Below are positions 48,283 through 57,970 of a DNA stretch of 58,018 nucleotides, in pieces. The stretch is taken from NCBI GenBank assembly GCA_025362355.1, contig JANYGT010000122.1:1-58018 (forward strand). The letters are read 5' to 3'. Origin of the DNA: Lacisediminihabitans sp. GTDB lineage: Bacteria > Actinomycetota > Actinomycetes > Actinomycetales > Microbacteriaceae. The translations under genes and the position numbers were made by a program. The notes below the pieces were generated by a model. It did not search any database, had not been told where the DNA came from, and worked only from the letters and a program-made list of their open reading frames with translations. Every line of letters begins with the position of its first letter. The first letter of the stretch is position 1.

Positions 48283-49392
48283 GTGAGTACGAATCCCCCG
48301 TTCCGCGCCGATATCGTAGGTAGTTTTCTTCGCCCGGAGTCGCTGAAATCGGCCAGAGCGGAACATCTCGCCGGCCGACTGGACGATGCCGGACTCCGCG
48401 CTACGGAGGACGAGCAGATCGTCTCGGTCGTCACGAAGCAGGCGGATGCCGGATTGCGACTCGCCACCGACGGCGAGTTCCGTCGTTCCTGGTGGCACTT
48501 CGACTTCTTCGGCGGCCTGAACGGCGTCGAAGTCGCGACGCTCGACCACGGCATCCAGTTCCAGGGCGTGCAGACGGCACCGCAGGGGCTGCGGGTGACC
48601 GACGCCATCGCCTTCGCTGATGATCATCCGATGCTCGACCATTTCCGTTTTCTCAAGGCGACGACGTCTGCGGTGCCGAAGATGAGCATCCCGGCCCCGA
48701 CGGTGATGCACTTTCGACTGGAACAGGATGCGGTCGCGAGCACCGCGTATGAGACTCGCGACGACATCATCGACGATCTCGCGGCCGCCTATCGGGTTGC
48801 GGTTCGCAGTTTCTACGATGCCGGATGCCGCTACCTCCAGTTCGACGACACGGCCTGGGCATACCTCTGCTCCGACGTCGAGCTCGAGAAGGCAGGGGCT
48901 CGCGGAATCGACGTGACGGGCCTCGCGGAGAAGTACAGCAGGCTGATCAACCAGTCGATCGCCGATAAGCCAGACGACATGGTGATCACCACCCACGTCT
49001 GCCGGGGAAACTTCAGGTCGACCTGGATCTCCTCGGGCGGTTATGAGCCTGTCGCTGAGCAGCTGCTCGACGTCTGCGCATACGACGGCTATTTTCTCGA
49101 GTACGACAGCGAACGCGCCGGAGGATTCGACCCGCTGAGGTTTCTCCCGAAGGGCGAAAAGACGGTCGTTCTCGGGCTCGTCACCACCAAGTCGGGCGAA
49201 CTCGAGCACCGCGACGTCGTGAAGCGGCGCATTGACGAGGCGGCAGAGTTCGCGCCGCTCGATCAGTTGGCGCTCAGCCCCCAGTGTGGCTTCGCCTCGA
49301 CCGAGGAGGGCAACATCCTGACCGAGGACGAGCAGTGGGCGAAGGTGCGCGAGGTGGTACGCCTCGCGGACGAGGTCTGGGGAGCCGCCTGA
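48283..49392 (+). CDS. Cobalamin-independent methionine synthase II family (single-barrel MetE-like)
   Basis: ADIVGSFLRP, TDGEFRR, Zn ligands THVCRGN, LEYD and SPQCGF. Confidence 0.88.
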   Translation: MSTNPPFRADIVGSFLRPESLKSARAEHLAGRLDDAGLRATEDEQIVSVVTKQADAGLRLATDGEFRRSWWHFDFFGGLNGVEVATLDHGIQFQGVQTAPQGLRVTDAIAFADDHPMLDHFRFLKATTSAVPKMSIPAPTVMHFRLEQDAVASTAYETRDDIIDDLAAAYRVAVRSFYDAGCRYLQFDDTAWAYLCSDVELEKAGARGIDVTGLAEKYSRLINQSIADKPDDMVITTHVCRGNFRSTWISSGGYEPVAEQLLDVCAYDGYFLEYDSERAGGFDPLRFLPKGEKTVVLGLVTTKSGELEHRDVVKRRIDEAAEFAPLDQLALSPQCGFASTEEGNILTEDEQWAKVREVVRLADEVWGAA

Positions 49393-49477
49393 CCAGTTAA
49401 CGGCACTCATGTCGTCGCGGCGGTGATCGCGATCGACTCTGCCCGGACTCTGCGTGAGCGGCCGGCAAGGAGTGACG

Positions 49478-50293
49478 TCACGCCAACTTGGCCAGCGCCT
49501 CCTCGTGCAGTAGTCCGTTGGTCGCAAGGGCCGACCCGTGCCAGGGACCGGGTTCGCCGTCGACGGAGGTGAAGACGCCGCCGGCCTCCTCGACGATCGG
49601 AACGAGAGCCGCCATGTCGTAGACCTGCAGGTCGAATTCGCCGGAGATGTCGAGCTGGCCCTCCGCGACCATCATGTAGGGCCACATGTCGCCGTAGTCG
49701 CGCGTACGCCAGACCGAATTCGAGAGGTCGACGAGCTGCTCGAGGCGTCCGGCCGCCTGCCAGCGGGGGAGTCCGCTGCAGCTGATCGAGGCGTCGGCGA
49801 GGTCGGCGACTCCGGAGACATGGATGCGCCGCTCCTCATTCGTGGTGCGGGATCCGAGGCGCTCGTTGACGTACGCCCCCATCCCGTTCGCCGCCCACCA
49901 GCGCTTGCCGAGAGCAGGGGCGCTCACGACGCCGACGACCGGCACGCCGTCGATCGCGAGGGAGATGAGCGTCGCCCAGATCGGTACACCGCGCACATAG
50001 TTCTTGGTGCCGTCGATCGGGTCGATGATCCACTGGCGCGAGGACGAGCCCTCGACCCCGAACTCCTCGCCGCGGATCGAGTCACCGGGGCGACTGTCCA
50101 TGATCGCGGCCCGCAGCGCGGTCTCGACGGCCCTGTCGGCGTCCGAGACCGGGGTCATGTCCGGCTTCGTCGTCACGACCAGGTCGGTGGCCCGGAAGCG
50201 GTCCATCGAGATCTCATCGGCCATGTCGGCGAGGGATCGGGCAAGGGCCAGATCGGAGGGAAGGGTGAAGGTCGGCGCGGTCTGCTCGGTCAC
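49478..50293 (-). CDS. hisN: Histidinol-phosphatase, inositol monophosphatase family
   Basis: KPDMTPVSDAD, GEEFG, IIDPIDGTKNYVRGVPIWATLI, YDMAA. Confidence 0.9.
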   Translation of the reverse strand: MTEQTAPTFTLPSDLALARSLADMADEISMDRFRATDLVVTTKPDMTPVSDADRAVETALRAAIMDSRPGDSIRGEEFGVEGSSSRQWIIDPIDGTKNYVRGVPIWATLISLAIDGVPVVGVVSAPALGKRWWAANGMGAYVNERLGSRTTNEERRIHVSGVADLADASISCSGLPRWQAAGRLEQLVDLSNSVWRTRDYGDMWPYMMVAEGQLDISGEFDLQVYDMAALVPIVEEAGGVFTSVDGEPGPWHGSALATNGLLHEEALAKLA

Positions 50294-50334
50294 GATCCAA
50301 GGGTAGGGGACGGTGGTGCCGGAGCGGGCCGGCA

Positions 50335-51828
50335 TCAGAACGGGTAGGTGCCGGGAGTGCGTCGCATCGTGATCCAACGGGTCTCGGTGAACGCGTCGAT
50401 GTTGGCTTCGGCGCCTCCGACACGACCGCCGGTTCCGGACATCCCGGTGCCGCCGAAGGGAGTGTTGGCCTCGTCATTGACCGTCTGGTCGTTGATGTGC
50501 ACGATGCCCGTCGGGATGCGCTGTGCGAGTTCGAGCCCGCGCATCGCGTCGGCGGTGACGATGCCGAGCGAGAGGCCGTAGTCGGAGGATGTCGCGATCG
50601 ACACAGCGTCGTCGTCGCTTGCGAAGCTCACCACGGACGCGACCGGCCCGAAGGTCTCCTCGCAGAATGCCGGAGCGTCGAGGGGGATGCCGGCGAGCAC
50701 CGTCGGCCGGTAGTAGAGGCCGTCGAAGGTTCCGCCGGCTCTCAGCTCTGCTCCGGCAGCGATCGACTCGGTCACCAGCCGGTGCACGTTATCGCGCTGG
50801 TTCTCGTCGATGATCGGTCCGAGGTGCACGTGCTCCGTCGCCGGATTGCCGACCGCCATCGCGTCGGCTTTCGCAGCGAGCTTCGTCACGTATTCCTCGT
50901 AGAGACTCTCGTGCACGAGGTGTCGCCCGATGGTCATGCAGATCTGTCCCTGGTGCAGGAATGCTCCCCAGGTCGCGAGATTGACGGCCTTGTCGACGTC
51001 AGCGTCGTCGAGGACGATGAAGGCCGAGTTGCCTCCGAGCTCCAGGTGCGCCCGGGTGAGGTGTCGCCCGGCGAGCTCGCCGACCGCCTTGCCAGCGCGG
51101 GTCGAGCCGGTGAAGGCGATGACCCGAACGTGTGGATCGGAAACCATCGCCTCGCCGACATCGCCGCCACCGGTCACGAGCTGCAGCACACCGGCGGGAA
51201 GGCCGGCCTCCTCGAAGATGCGCGCCATCATCACCCCGCCGGTCACCGCCGTGCGCGGATCGGGCTTCAGCAGCACCGCATTGCCGAGGGCGAGCGCCGG
51301 AGCGACGGCGCGGATGCCGAGGATGATCGGAACATTGAACGGCGAGATCACGCCGACGACCCCGGCCGGCACGCGCTGAGCGAGGGAGAGTCGCGCCTCC
51401 TCGCTCGACAGCAGCTGGCCGAGCGGATGGGACGGAAGAGCGGATGCCTCGTAGCATTCCGCCGCACCGACGTGCAGGGCGAACCCGGCGAGGGCGGGCA
51501 CGCAGCCGACCTCGCGGATGTTCCAGTCCATGATCTCGTCGGCGTGCTGCTCCATCAGGGCGGCAGCTCTGCGAAGCACCGCGGCGCGCGCCGGGTGCGG
51601 GGTGGCGCCCCAGGCCTTCTGGGCTGCGGCTGCGCTCGCGGCGGCCCGCGTCACATCCGCGACGGAGGCCAGGCCGATCTCGCCGAGGATCTCTCCCGTG
51701 GCCGGCTCGATGACCGGCCGCGTTCCGCCGCCACCCACGACCCATTCGCCGTCGATGTGGATTCTGCCCGACCACGCAACGGGGTCGAGGAAGGGCACCG
51801 TGGAGGTTTCATCACGGGTGAGCGTCAT
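50335..51828 (-). CDS. Aromatic aldehyde (vanillin/benzaldehyde) dehydrogenase
   Basis: ISPFNVP, FTGST, LELGGN, HQGQICM, EETFGP, PFGG. Same strand directly after vanAB. Confidence 0.88.
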   Translation of the reverse strand: MTLTRDETSTVPFLDPVAWSGRIHIDGEWVVGGGGTRPVIEPATGEILGEIGLASVADVTRAAASAAAAQKAWGATPHPARAAVLRRAAALMEQHADEIMDWNIREVGCVPALAGFALHVGAAECYEASALPSHPLGQLLSSEEARLSLAQRVPAGVVGVISPFNVPIILGIRAVAPALALGNAVLLKPDPRTAVTGGVMMARIFEEAGLPAGVLQLVTGGGDVGEAMVSDPHVRVIAFTGSTRAGKAVGELAGRHLTRAHLELGGNSAFIVLDDADVDKAVNLATWGAFLHQGQICMTIGRHLVHESLYEEYVTKLAAKADAMAVGNPATEHVHLGPIIDENQRDNVHRLVTESIAAGAELRAGGTFDGLYYRPTVLAGIPLDAPAFCEETFGPVASVVSFASDDDAVSIATSSDYGLSLGIVTADAMRGLELAQRIPTGIVHINDQTVNDEANTPFGGTGMSGTGGRVGGAEANIDAFTETRWITMRRTPGTYPF

Positions 51829-51892
51829 TGCTTTCTCGCTTTCTCAGGGGGGTGATGCCGAGGATAGGCCGCGGATCAGGAAACGTCGATGG

Positions 51893-52876
51893 TCAGGAGA
51901 TTTCGATGGTGACCGTGGCACCGGAGCCGGAGGGCGACATCGCCCGGGACACGCAGCAGCAGATCTTGCCGCGCGCATTCTTCTGCCGCTCGCTGTAGAA
52001 GACATCGCGGTGATCGATGTCGCCGTCGAGTTCGAGGACCCGCACCTCGCAGAGTCCGCACTCGCCCTTTCGGCAGTCGAACATCATGTCGGCACCGGCC
52101 TCCTCGAGGGCTTCGAGCATCGACTGGGATGTCCCGACGACGGTTTCGATGCCCAGTCGCGGCACCCGCACCGTGAATTTCTCGGGGGCGAACCATCCGC
52201 TGTTTCCGAAGGTCTCGAATCTCAGGTTCGCGATGGGCAGCTCACGCTCGATCCACGCCCGCCGCACGGCGTCCATCAGTCGGATCGGTCCGCAGAGGTA
52301 GAGCTCTGCGCTTTCGTCGATGGCGGCGACGAGCTCCGTCACGACGAGGGAGGTTCCCTCGTCGCCGACATGCACCTCGAGCCTGGATCCGTGAGCGGCG
52401 GTCAACTCCTCGAGGTAGGCGAGCTCGCGACGGCTGCGTCCGAGATAGACCAGCGTGTAGTCCGCGCCGACGGACTTCAGCACGGCGGCCATTCCGGCGA
52501 TCGCCGTGATACCGATCCCGCCGGCGAGCAGCACGTAGCGGGGTGCACCGATCCGCAGCGGGAAGTCGAGGATCGGCTGGGTGATCTCGATCGAGTCGCC
52601 GGGTTCGAGGGCGTGCATGATCGCAGCACCGCCGCGGGAGGTCGGGGTGGCGAGCACGCTGATGGCGAGGGTCGTGCCATCCGTAGCCGAATCCACTACC
52701 GAGTACGACCGGGTATCCGTTCGGTCGCCGAACCGCAGGCGAACGTCGATGTGTGAGCCGGCCGCCGCCACCGACGGCTTCTCCGGCCGCAGCACGATGC
52801 GACGGATGACCGGGGTCAGGGCGATCGAGTCGACGACAGTCGCCTGCTGCCAGACGATCGAGTGCGAGGTTGCCAC
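51893..52876 (-). CDS. vanB: Vanillate O-demethylase reductase (PDR/VanB family)
   Basis: GSHID, RSYS, SRGG, AGGIGIT, YLCGP, C-terminal 2Fe-2S CRKGECGLC...CC. Confidence 0.9.
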   Translation of the reverse strand: MATSHSIVWQQATVVDSIALTPVIRRIVLRPEKPSVAAAGSHIDVRLRFGDRTDTRSYSVVDSATDGTTLAISVLATPTSRGGAAIMHALEPGDSIEITQPILDFPLRIGAPRYVLLAGGIGITAIAGMAAVLKSVGADYTLVYLGRSRRELAYLEELTAAHGSRLEVHVGDEGTSLVVTELVAAIDESAELYLCGPIRLMDAVRRAWIERELPIANLRFETFGNSGWFAPEKFTVRVPRLGIETVVGTSQSMLEALEEAGADMMFDCRKGECGLCEVRVLELDGDIDHRDVFYSERQKNARGKICCCVSRAMSPSGSGATVTIEIS

Positions 52877-52883
52877 GGTGCCG

Positions 52884-53975
52884 TCAGCCCACCGGAACGG
52901 TCGCACGCGGCAGTCGCCCCTCTGCGGCGAGCTGTCGTTCGATCAGACGGCGCACCCACATGCCGCCGACGTCGATGTTGAGACCGTAGAACTCGTAGTC
53001 GGGATTCGCATCGATGGCGGCCTGCTGTGCGACGAGCATCCTCTCGTCCTCACTGAAGACGCCTGCTACGCCGTCGCGCAGTTGCGTGGTGATCACCTGG
53101 CTCTCCAGCCGGAAGTTGCGCATGAACGCCCAGAAGTAGACGCAGGAGCGATCGGTGACGGGGGAGATCGTGTTCATCACATACCCGTTGACGCCCTGGG
53201 AGCGATCGCCCTCTGGTGCCCCGGTTCCCGCCATCGCGACGCCGACGTCGATGCAGATCGTAGAAGGGGACTCGAAGTGGATGATTTGCCAGCGATCGAC
53301 TTTGCCCTCGAAGTGGGGAAATTTATGGCGCATGATCGAGAGCCAGAATGGCGGTGGATCGATGCCGAGCATCCATCGGTCGACGGTGACGGTGCGCTCG
53401 TCGTGGCTGACCACGAATTCCGAGCCGCTCAGTTCGTCCTGTCCGATGCTCGAGGAGTGAACGAATTCCTCGTGGGTGAGGTCCATCAGGTTGTCCAGCA
53501 CGAGTTGGTAGTTGCAGTCGACCTCGATGGTGAGGCCGTCCCCAGCCCAGGCCGGGTCATCCATCTGGTGCATGTCGGGCACGAGGGACGGGTCGGCCTT
53601 CGCCGGATCGCCGAGCCACACCCAGACGTAGCGATAGCGCTCGACGACGGGGAACGAGGCGACGGTCGCACTCGGATTGATCGTCTCCTGGGCGGGCATC
53701 GAGATGCAGCGACCGGCGGAGTTGTAGAGCATGCCGTGGTACGGGCAGCGGATGCCGTCCCGGCCGACGAGGGTACCCATCGACAAGGGGGCGAGCCGAT
53801 GCCAGCACGCGTCGGCCAGTGCCACAGCCGTGCCGTCCTCGGTGCGGTAGAGGGCGAGCGGGCGATCGGCGACGGTGCGGGCGAGCGGTGTGCGGTTCAC
53901 CTCGTGGTCCCAGGCGGCCACGTACCAGACATCGAGCGGATGCCCGAGCAGCTTGTTGATCGACGACTCACCCAT
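52884..53975 (-). CDS. vanA: Vanillate O-demethylase Rieske oxygenase subunit
   Basis: Rieske CWHR...CPYHG, DNLMDLTHEEFVH, VDRWQII, FSEDERMLVAQQ. Confidence 0.9.
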   Translation of the reverse strand: MGESSINKLLGHPLDVWYVAAWDHEVNRTPLARTVADRPLALYRTEDGTAVALADACWHRLAPLSMGTLVGRDGIRCPYHGMLYNSAGRCISMPAQETINPSATVASFPVVERYRYVWVWLGDPAKADPSLVPDMHQMDDPAWAGDGLTIEVDCNYQLVLDNLMDLTHEEFVHSSSIGQDELSGSEFVVSHDERTVTVDRWMLGIDPPPFWLSIMRHKFPHFEGKVDRWQIIHFESPSTICIDVGVAMAGTGAPEGDRSQGVNGYVMNTISPVTDRSCVYFWAFMRNFRLESQVITTQLRDGVAGVFSEDERMLVAQQAAIDANPDYEFYGLNIDVGGMWVRRLIERQLAAEGRLPRATVPVG

Positions 53976-54008
53976 CAGACTCCTTCGTCACATTTCTCGT
54001 CACTTTAC

Positions 54009-54020
54009 CTATCAACATAG
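54009..54020. promoter_or_regulatory. Candidate VanR (PadR) operator
   Basis: CTAT-N4-ATAG palindrome in the AT-rich 84-bp divergent vanA/vanR spacer. Confidence 0.4.
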
Positions 54021-54059
54021 TGAAATGGCAATACCGGGAATGGGGCCAGAATCGAGTAC

Positions 54060-54653
54060 ATGAGTCTTCGTTACGCTCTGCTCGCGTTGCTGACCGCTCA
54101 GCCGATGACCGGCTATGACGTCGCGAAGACCTTCCACAGCTCGGTCGGGCACGTCTGGCATGCGCCCGACTCCCAGATCTACCCCGAGTTGAAGCGGATG
54201 GAGCTCGACGGTCTCATCCGAGGCGAGGACATCGCGCGAACCTCACGGGCCGGCAATGCGACGAAGCGGCTGTACGGCATCACCGAGGCGGGCGTCGCGG
54301 CGTTCCGCCAGTGGATGTCGGTTCCGACCGAGTACAGCGCCGAACGCAACCCGGCTCACCTTCGCGCCGCCTATTTCGAGTGGGCGGACGCGGCATCCGT
54401 TCGCGCGCAGTTGCTCGCCCACATCGAGCACTGGACGGAGATGCGGGAGCAGTGGGTTGGGCAGCTCAGCTCGTTCGCCGACCGCTCGCATCCGATCTTC
54501 CAGAAGCGGCTCGAGATAAGTCCGCCGTCGGAATGGCCCCGCATCACCGCGTGGAAGATGTTCGCCTACGAGGGCCTCATCGCGCAGGCAGACCAGCAGA
54601 TCGCCTGGGCGAAGAAGGGGCTGGCGCTCGAGGCGTCGCTCGACAACGGCTGA
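54060..54653 (+). CDS. vanR: PadR-family regulator (VanR-like)
   Basis: MSLRYALLALL, TGYDV, VWHAPDSQIYPEL, divergent from vanA. Confidence 0.88.
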   Translation: MSLRYALLALLTAQPMTGYDVAKTFHSSVGHVWHAPDSQIYPELKRMELDGLIRGEDIARTSRAGNATKRLYGITEAGVAAFRQWMSVPTEYSAERNPAHLRAAYFEWADAASVRAQLLAHIEHWTEMREQWVGQLSSFADRSHPIFQKRLEISPPSEWPRITAWKMFAYEGLIAQADQQIAWAKKGLALEASLDNG

Positions 54654-54682
54654 GAGAGCAGCGATCCTCAGGACGACTCACC

Positions 54683-55729
54683 TCAGGACAGCGACGCGAG
54701 CATCCGCTGGAACGAATCGAGCCGCAGTTTGCCCGACTCGCCGAGCTCGTTCTCGTCGTTGATGCGCTCGTTTAGCGCGCAGTCGGGGGCGTCCGGCAGG
54801 TGGGTGCACCCCCGCGGACAGTCCTCGGCGATCGCCGCGAGATCGGTGAAGGATCGCAGGATGTTGTCGGGATTCACGTGCCCGAGCCCGAACGAGCGCA
54901 CGCCGGGGGTGTCGATGATCCAGCCGCCGCCATCCTCGCGGTCGGCTCCGACGCGGTACGAGATGGTGGATGACGACGTGTGCCGCCCGCGCCCGGTCAC
55001 GGTGTTGACCCTTCCGATCGCGCGATTCGCGTCGGGCACCAGTGCGTTGACGAGGGTCGACTTGCCGACGCCGGAGTGGCCGACCGCCACGGTCGTGTGA
55101 CCGGCGAGCAGCGCCATGATCTCGTCGGTCGGGGTGGCGTCGAGCCCGCTGGTGACCACGACGATGTCGAGGCCGGCGAAGTTGGCCAGGAATACCGCCG
55201 GGTCGGCGAGGTCGGTCTTCGTTATGCAGAGAATGGGCGCGATGCCGGCGTCGAAGGCCGCGACGAGGTAGCGATCGACGAGTCGCGGCCGCGGCTCCGG
55301 GTTGGCGGCTGCGACCACGATGAGCATCTGGTCGGCGTTGGCGACGATGATGCGCTCGACCTCGTCGGAGTCGTCGGCACTGCGGCGCAGCACGGTGACA
55401 CGCGGTTGGATGCGCACGATCCGCGACAGGCTGCCTTCGTCGCCGGTGGTGTCTCCGACGAGGTCGACCCGATCGCCGGTGACGATCGGCTGCTTGCGAA
55501 GTTCGCTCGCGCGGGAGGCCGTCGCCACGTGCTCGACGTCGCTGTTCTCTCCGACCAGCACCGTGTAGCGGCCGCGGTCGACGGTGAGCACCCGGCCGGT
55601 CACCGCGTCGCTGTGCTCCGGACGGGTCTTCGTGCGCGCCCGATTGCCCTTCGGATTCGGACGGGTCTTCGCCTCGTAGTCGGCGTATTTGTCGTCTTCG
55701 TCGTCAGCGTCGTCGTTGAGCCAGCTCAC
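54683..55729 (-). CDS. rsgA: Ribosome small subunit-dependent GTPase A
   Basis: TKTDL, GHSGVGKSTLVN, GRHTS, DTPG, CPRGCTH...C. Confidence 0.95.
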   Translation of the reverse strand: MSWLNDDADDEDDKYADYEAKTRPNPKGNRARTKTRPEHSDAVTGRVLTVDRGRYTVLVGENSDVEHVATASRASELRKQPIVTGDRVDLVGDTTGDEGSLSRIVRIQPRVTVLRRSADDSDEVERIIVANADQMLIVVAAANPEPRPRLVDRYLVAAFDAGIAPILCITKTDLADPAVFLANFAGLDIVVVTSGLDATPTDEIMALLAGHTTVAVGHSGVGKSTLVNALVPDANRAIGRVNTVTGRGRHTSSSTISYRVGADREDGGGWIIDTPGVRSFGLGHVNPDNILRSFTDLAAIAEDCPRGCTHLPDAPDCALNERINDENELGESGKLRLDSFQRMLASLS

Positions 55730-57159
55730 GCGGGGCCCGATCCGGGCGCAAGAAGTGAGCCGATCCCGGCGGCTCCGGCGCTGCCGAACGGGTCACGGGC
55801 GGCGCGATCCAGGCCGAGCAACGAGTGTCGCCACAGCTGCGGAAACTGGGGCAGCGTCTTGGCCGTCGTCGCGATGTCATCGATCTCGACCCCCTCGACG
55901 GCGAGGCCGATGATGGCGCCGGCGGTGGCCATCCGGTGGTCCTCGTAGCTGTGCCAGAGACCGCTGTGAAGAGGTGCCGGACGGATGATGAGGCCGTCGT
56001 CCGTCTCCGTCACGTCCCCGCCGAGGCCGTTGATCTCCGCCGCGAGGGCCGCCAGTCTGTCGGTCTCGTGCCCGCGGAGATGGCCGATGCCGGTCAGCAC
56101 GGTCTCACTGTCGGCGAAGGCCGCGATGGCTGCGATCGTCGGGGCGAGTTCACTCGCGTCGTCGAGCTGGATGCCATGGATCGACCCGCTGCCGGTCACC
56201 GTCAGCGCACCGGCGGCCACGCTGACCGAGCCGCCCATTCGCGTAAGGATGCCGGCCAGCTCGTCGCCGACCTGGGTCGTCTCGGCTGGCCAGCCGGTGA
56301 TCGTCACCGAGCCTCCGGCGACGAGGGCGGCGGCGAGGAACGGGCCGGCGTTCGACAGGTCGGGCTCGATGTCGACCTCGATTCCGCCGATCGGGCCGGG
56401 CGGCACGATCCAGACTCCGGGACTCGGAGTCTCGACGACGACCCCCCGGCGGGCGAGCGTCGCGATCGTCATCTCGATGTGGGCGAGACTCGGCAGCGCG
56501 GCGCCGGTGTGGCGAAGTTCAAGCCCCTCGGCGAAGCGCGGGGCGGCGAGCAGCAGCCCGGAGACGAACTGGCTCGAGGCTGAGGCATCCAGTTCGATGA
56601 GTCCGCCCTTCACGGCGCCGGTGCCGTAAAGACTGAACGGGAGTCGGCCGCGTCCGTCGTCGCTGACGTCGACGCCGAGCGCCCTGAGGGAGTCGATGGT
56701 GGTGCGCATCGGACGGGTTCTCGCACCGGCATCGCCGTCGAAGGCGACCGGGCCGAGGGCAAGGGCCGCGACCGGGGGGAGGAACCGCATCACGGTTCCG
56801 GCGAGTCCACAGTCGATGGATGTTCCGCCCGAGAGCTCTCCGGGCGTGATGAGCAGATCGGCGCCGAAGCCGCCTACGCCCGGCCGTTCGACGATCGACG
56901 TTCCGAGGGCTCTGAGCGCCTGGATCATCAGGGCCGTGTCGCGCGAGTGGAGGGGCGCGCGAAGGAGGGATGGGGCATCCGCAAGCGCCGACAGCACTAG
57001 CTCCCGGTTGGTCAGCGACTTCGATCCCGGCAGCGAGAACGACGCCGACACAGGACCAGCCGCGAAGGGCGCCGGCCACGGACCCGGAGCACCCTCGATG
57101 ACCAGTTCGTCGTCTCCGAAGGGGTTGAACTCGGGCCCGGAATACTTGAATACCTGCAT
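55726..57159 (-). CDS. aroA: 3-phosphoshikimate 1-carboxyvinyltransferase
   Basis: [40 protein letters not shown]. Confidence 0.96.
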   Translation of the reverse strand: MQVFKYSGPEFNPFGDDELVIEGAPGPWPAPFAAGPVSASFSLPGSKSLTNRELVLSALADAPSLLRAPLHSRDTALMIQALRALGTSIVERPGVGGFGADLLITPGELSGGTSIDCGLAGTVMRFLPPVAALALGPVAFDGDAGARTRPMRTTIDSLRALGVDVSDDGRGRLPFSLYGTGAVKGGLIELDASASSQFVSGLLLAAPRFAEGLELRHTGAALPSLAHIEMTIATLARRGVVVETPSPGVWIVPPGPIGGIEVDIEPDLSNAGPFLAAALVAGGSVTITGWPAETTQVGDELAGILTRMGGSVSVAAGALTVTGSGSIHGIQLDDASELAPTIAAIAAFADSETVLTGIGHLRGHETDRLAALAAEINGLGGDVTETDDGLIIRPAPLHSGLWHSYEDHRMATAGAIIGLAVEGVEIDDIATTAKTLPQFPQLWRHSLLGLDRAARDPFGSAGAAGIGSLLAPGSGPA

Positions 57160-57164
57160 CGGTT
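57139..57164 (+). promoter_or_regulatory. SigR/SigH-dependent promoter (autoregulatory), overlapping the aroA start on the opposite strand
   Basis: GGAAT (57139-57143), exactly 18 nt, GTT (57162-57164). Matches the actinobacterial SigR/SigH consensus. Confidence 0.7.
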
Positions 57165-57289
57165 ACCAGAGTATCGGCACTTCAACTTCTGAAACGGAAA
57201 CGCACGTGACTCTGCTCCTCGAACGGCCGACCGGCGCCTCATCGCGCGGTCCGGTCGCGGCAAAGCGAGGCCAAGTAAGATTGGCCGCG

Positions 57290-57970
57290 ATGTCGAATTC
57301 GATGGATGATTCACCCCCCGTGACCGCCCTGGACGCACCCTCTTCCGGCGAGAGTGCAGAGACGGTCGTCGACGTGCGCTCGCTCTTCGAGGAGCAGGCC
57401 ATCCCGTTCATGGACCAGCTCTACGCGGCCGGTCTTCGCATGACCCGCAACCCAGCCGACGCGTCAGACCTGGTGCAGGAGACCTTCGCGAAGGCGTTCG
57501 CGGCGTTCGGCCAGTTCCAGCAGGGCACGAACCTAAAGGCGTGGCTGTACCGCATCCTCACCAACACGTTCATCAACAACTACCGCAAGAAGCAGCGCGA
57601 CCCCTACCAGGGCACCATCGACGAGCTCGAAGACTGGCAGCTCGGCGGCGCCCAATCCGTCACGCAGGGTCGGTCGACCCGTTCGGCCGAGGCAGAGGCG
57701 ATCGATCACCTGCCCGACAGCGCCGTCAAAGACGCGCTGCAGGCCATCCCCGAAGACTTCAGAATGGCCGTCTATTTCGCCGATGTCGAGGGATTCTCGT
57801 ACCAGGAGATCGCCGACATCATGAAAACCCCGGTGGGAACCGTCATGAGTCGTCTGCATCGTGGCAGACGGATGCTGCGGGACCTGCTTTCCGAGTACGC
57901 CGTCGAACGAGGAATCGATACCTCCGGCACGCGTGCCCAACCTGCCAGTGCTGGGAGCAAGAAGAAATGA
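57290..57970 (+). CDS. sigH: ECF sigma factor SigH/SigR (possible longer isoform from GTG 57206)
   Basis: [54 protein letters not shown]. Followed by a zinc anti-sigma. Confidence 0.93.
   Translation: MSNSMDDSPPVTALDAPSSGESAETVVDVRSLFEEQAIPFMDQLYAAGLRMTRNPADASDLVQETFAKAFAAFGQFQQGTNLKAWLYRILTNTFINNYRKKQRDPYQGTIDELEDWQLGGAQSVTQGRSTRSAEAEAIDHLPDSAVKDALQAIPEDFRMAVYFADVEGFSYQEIADIMKTPVGTVMSRLHRGRRMLRDLLSEYAVERGIDTSGTRAQPASAGSKKK

Noticed and set aside
56696-57205. 424-aa version of the sigma factor
   Set aside because: The upstream part is antisense to aroA. Plausible starts are 57206 and 57290.
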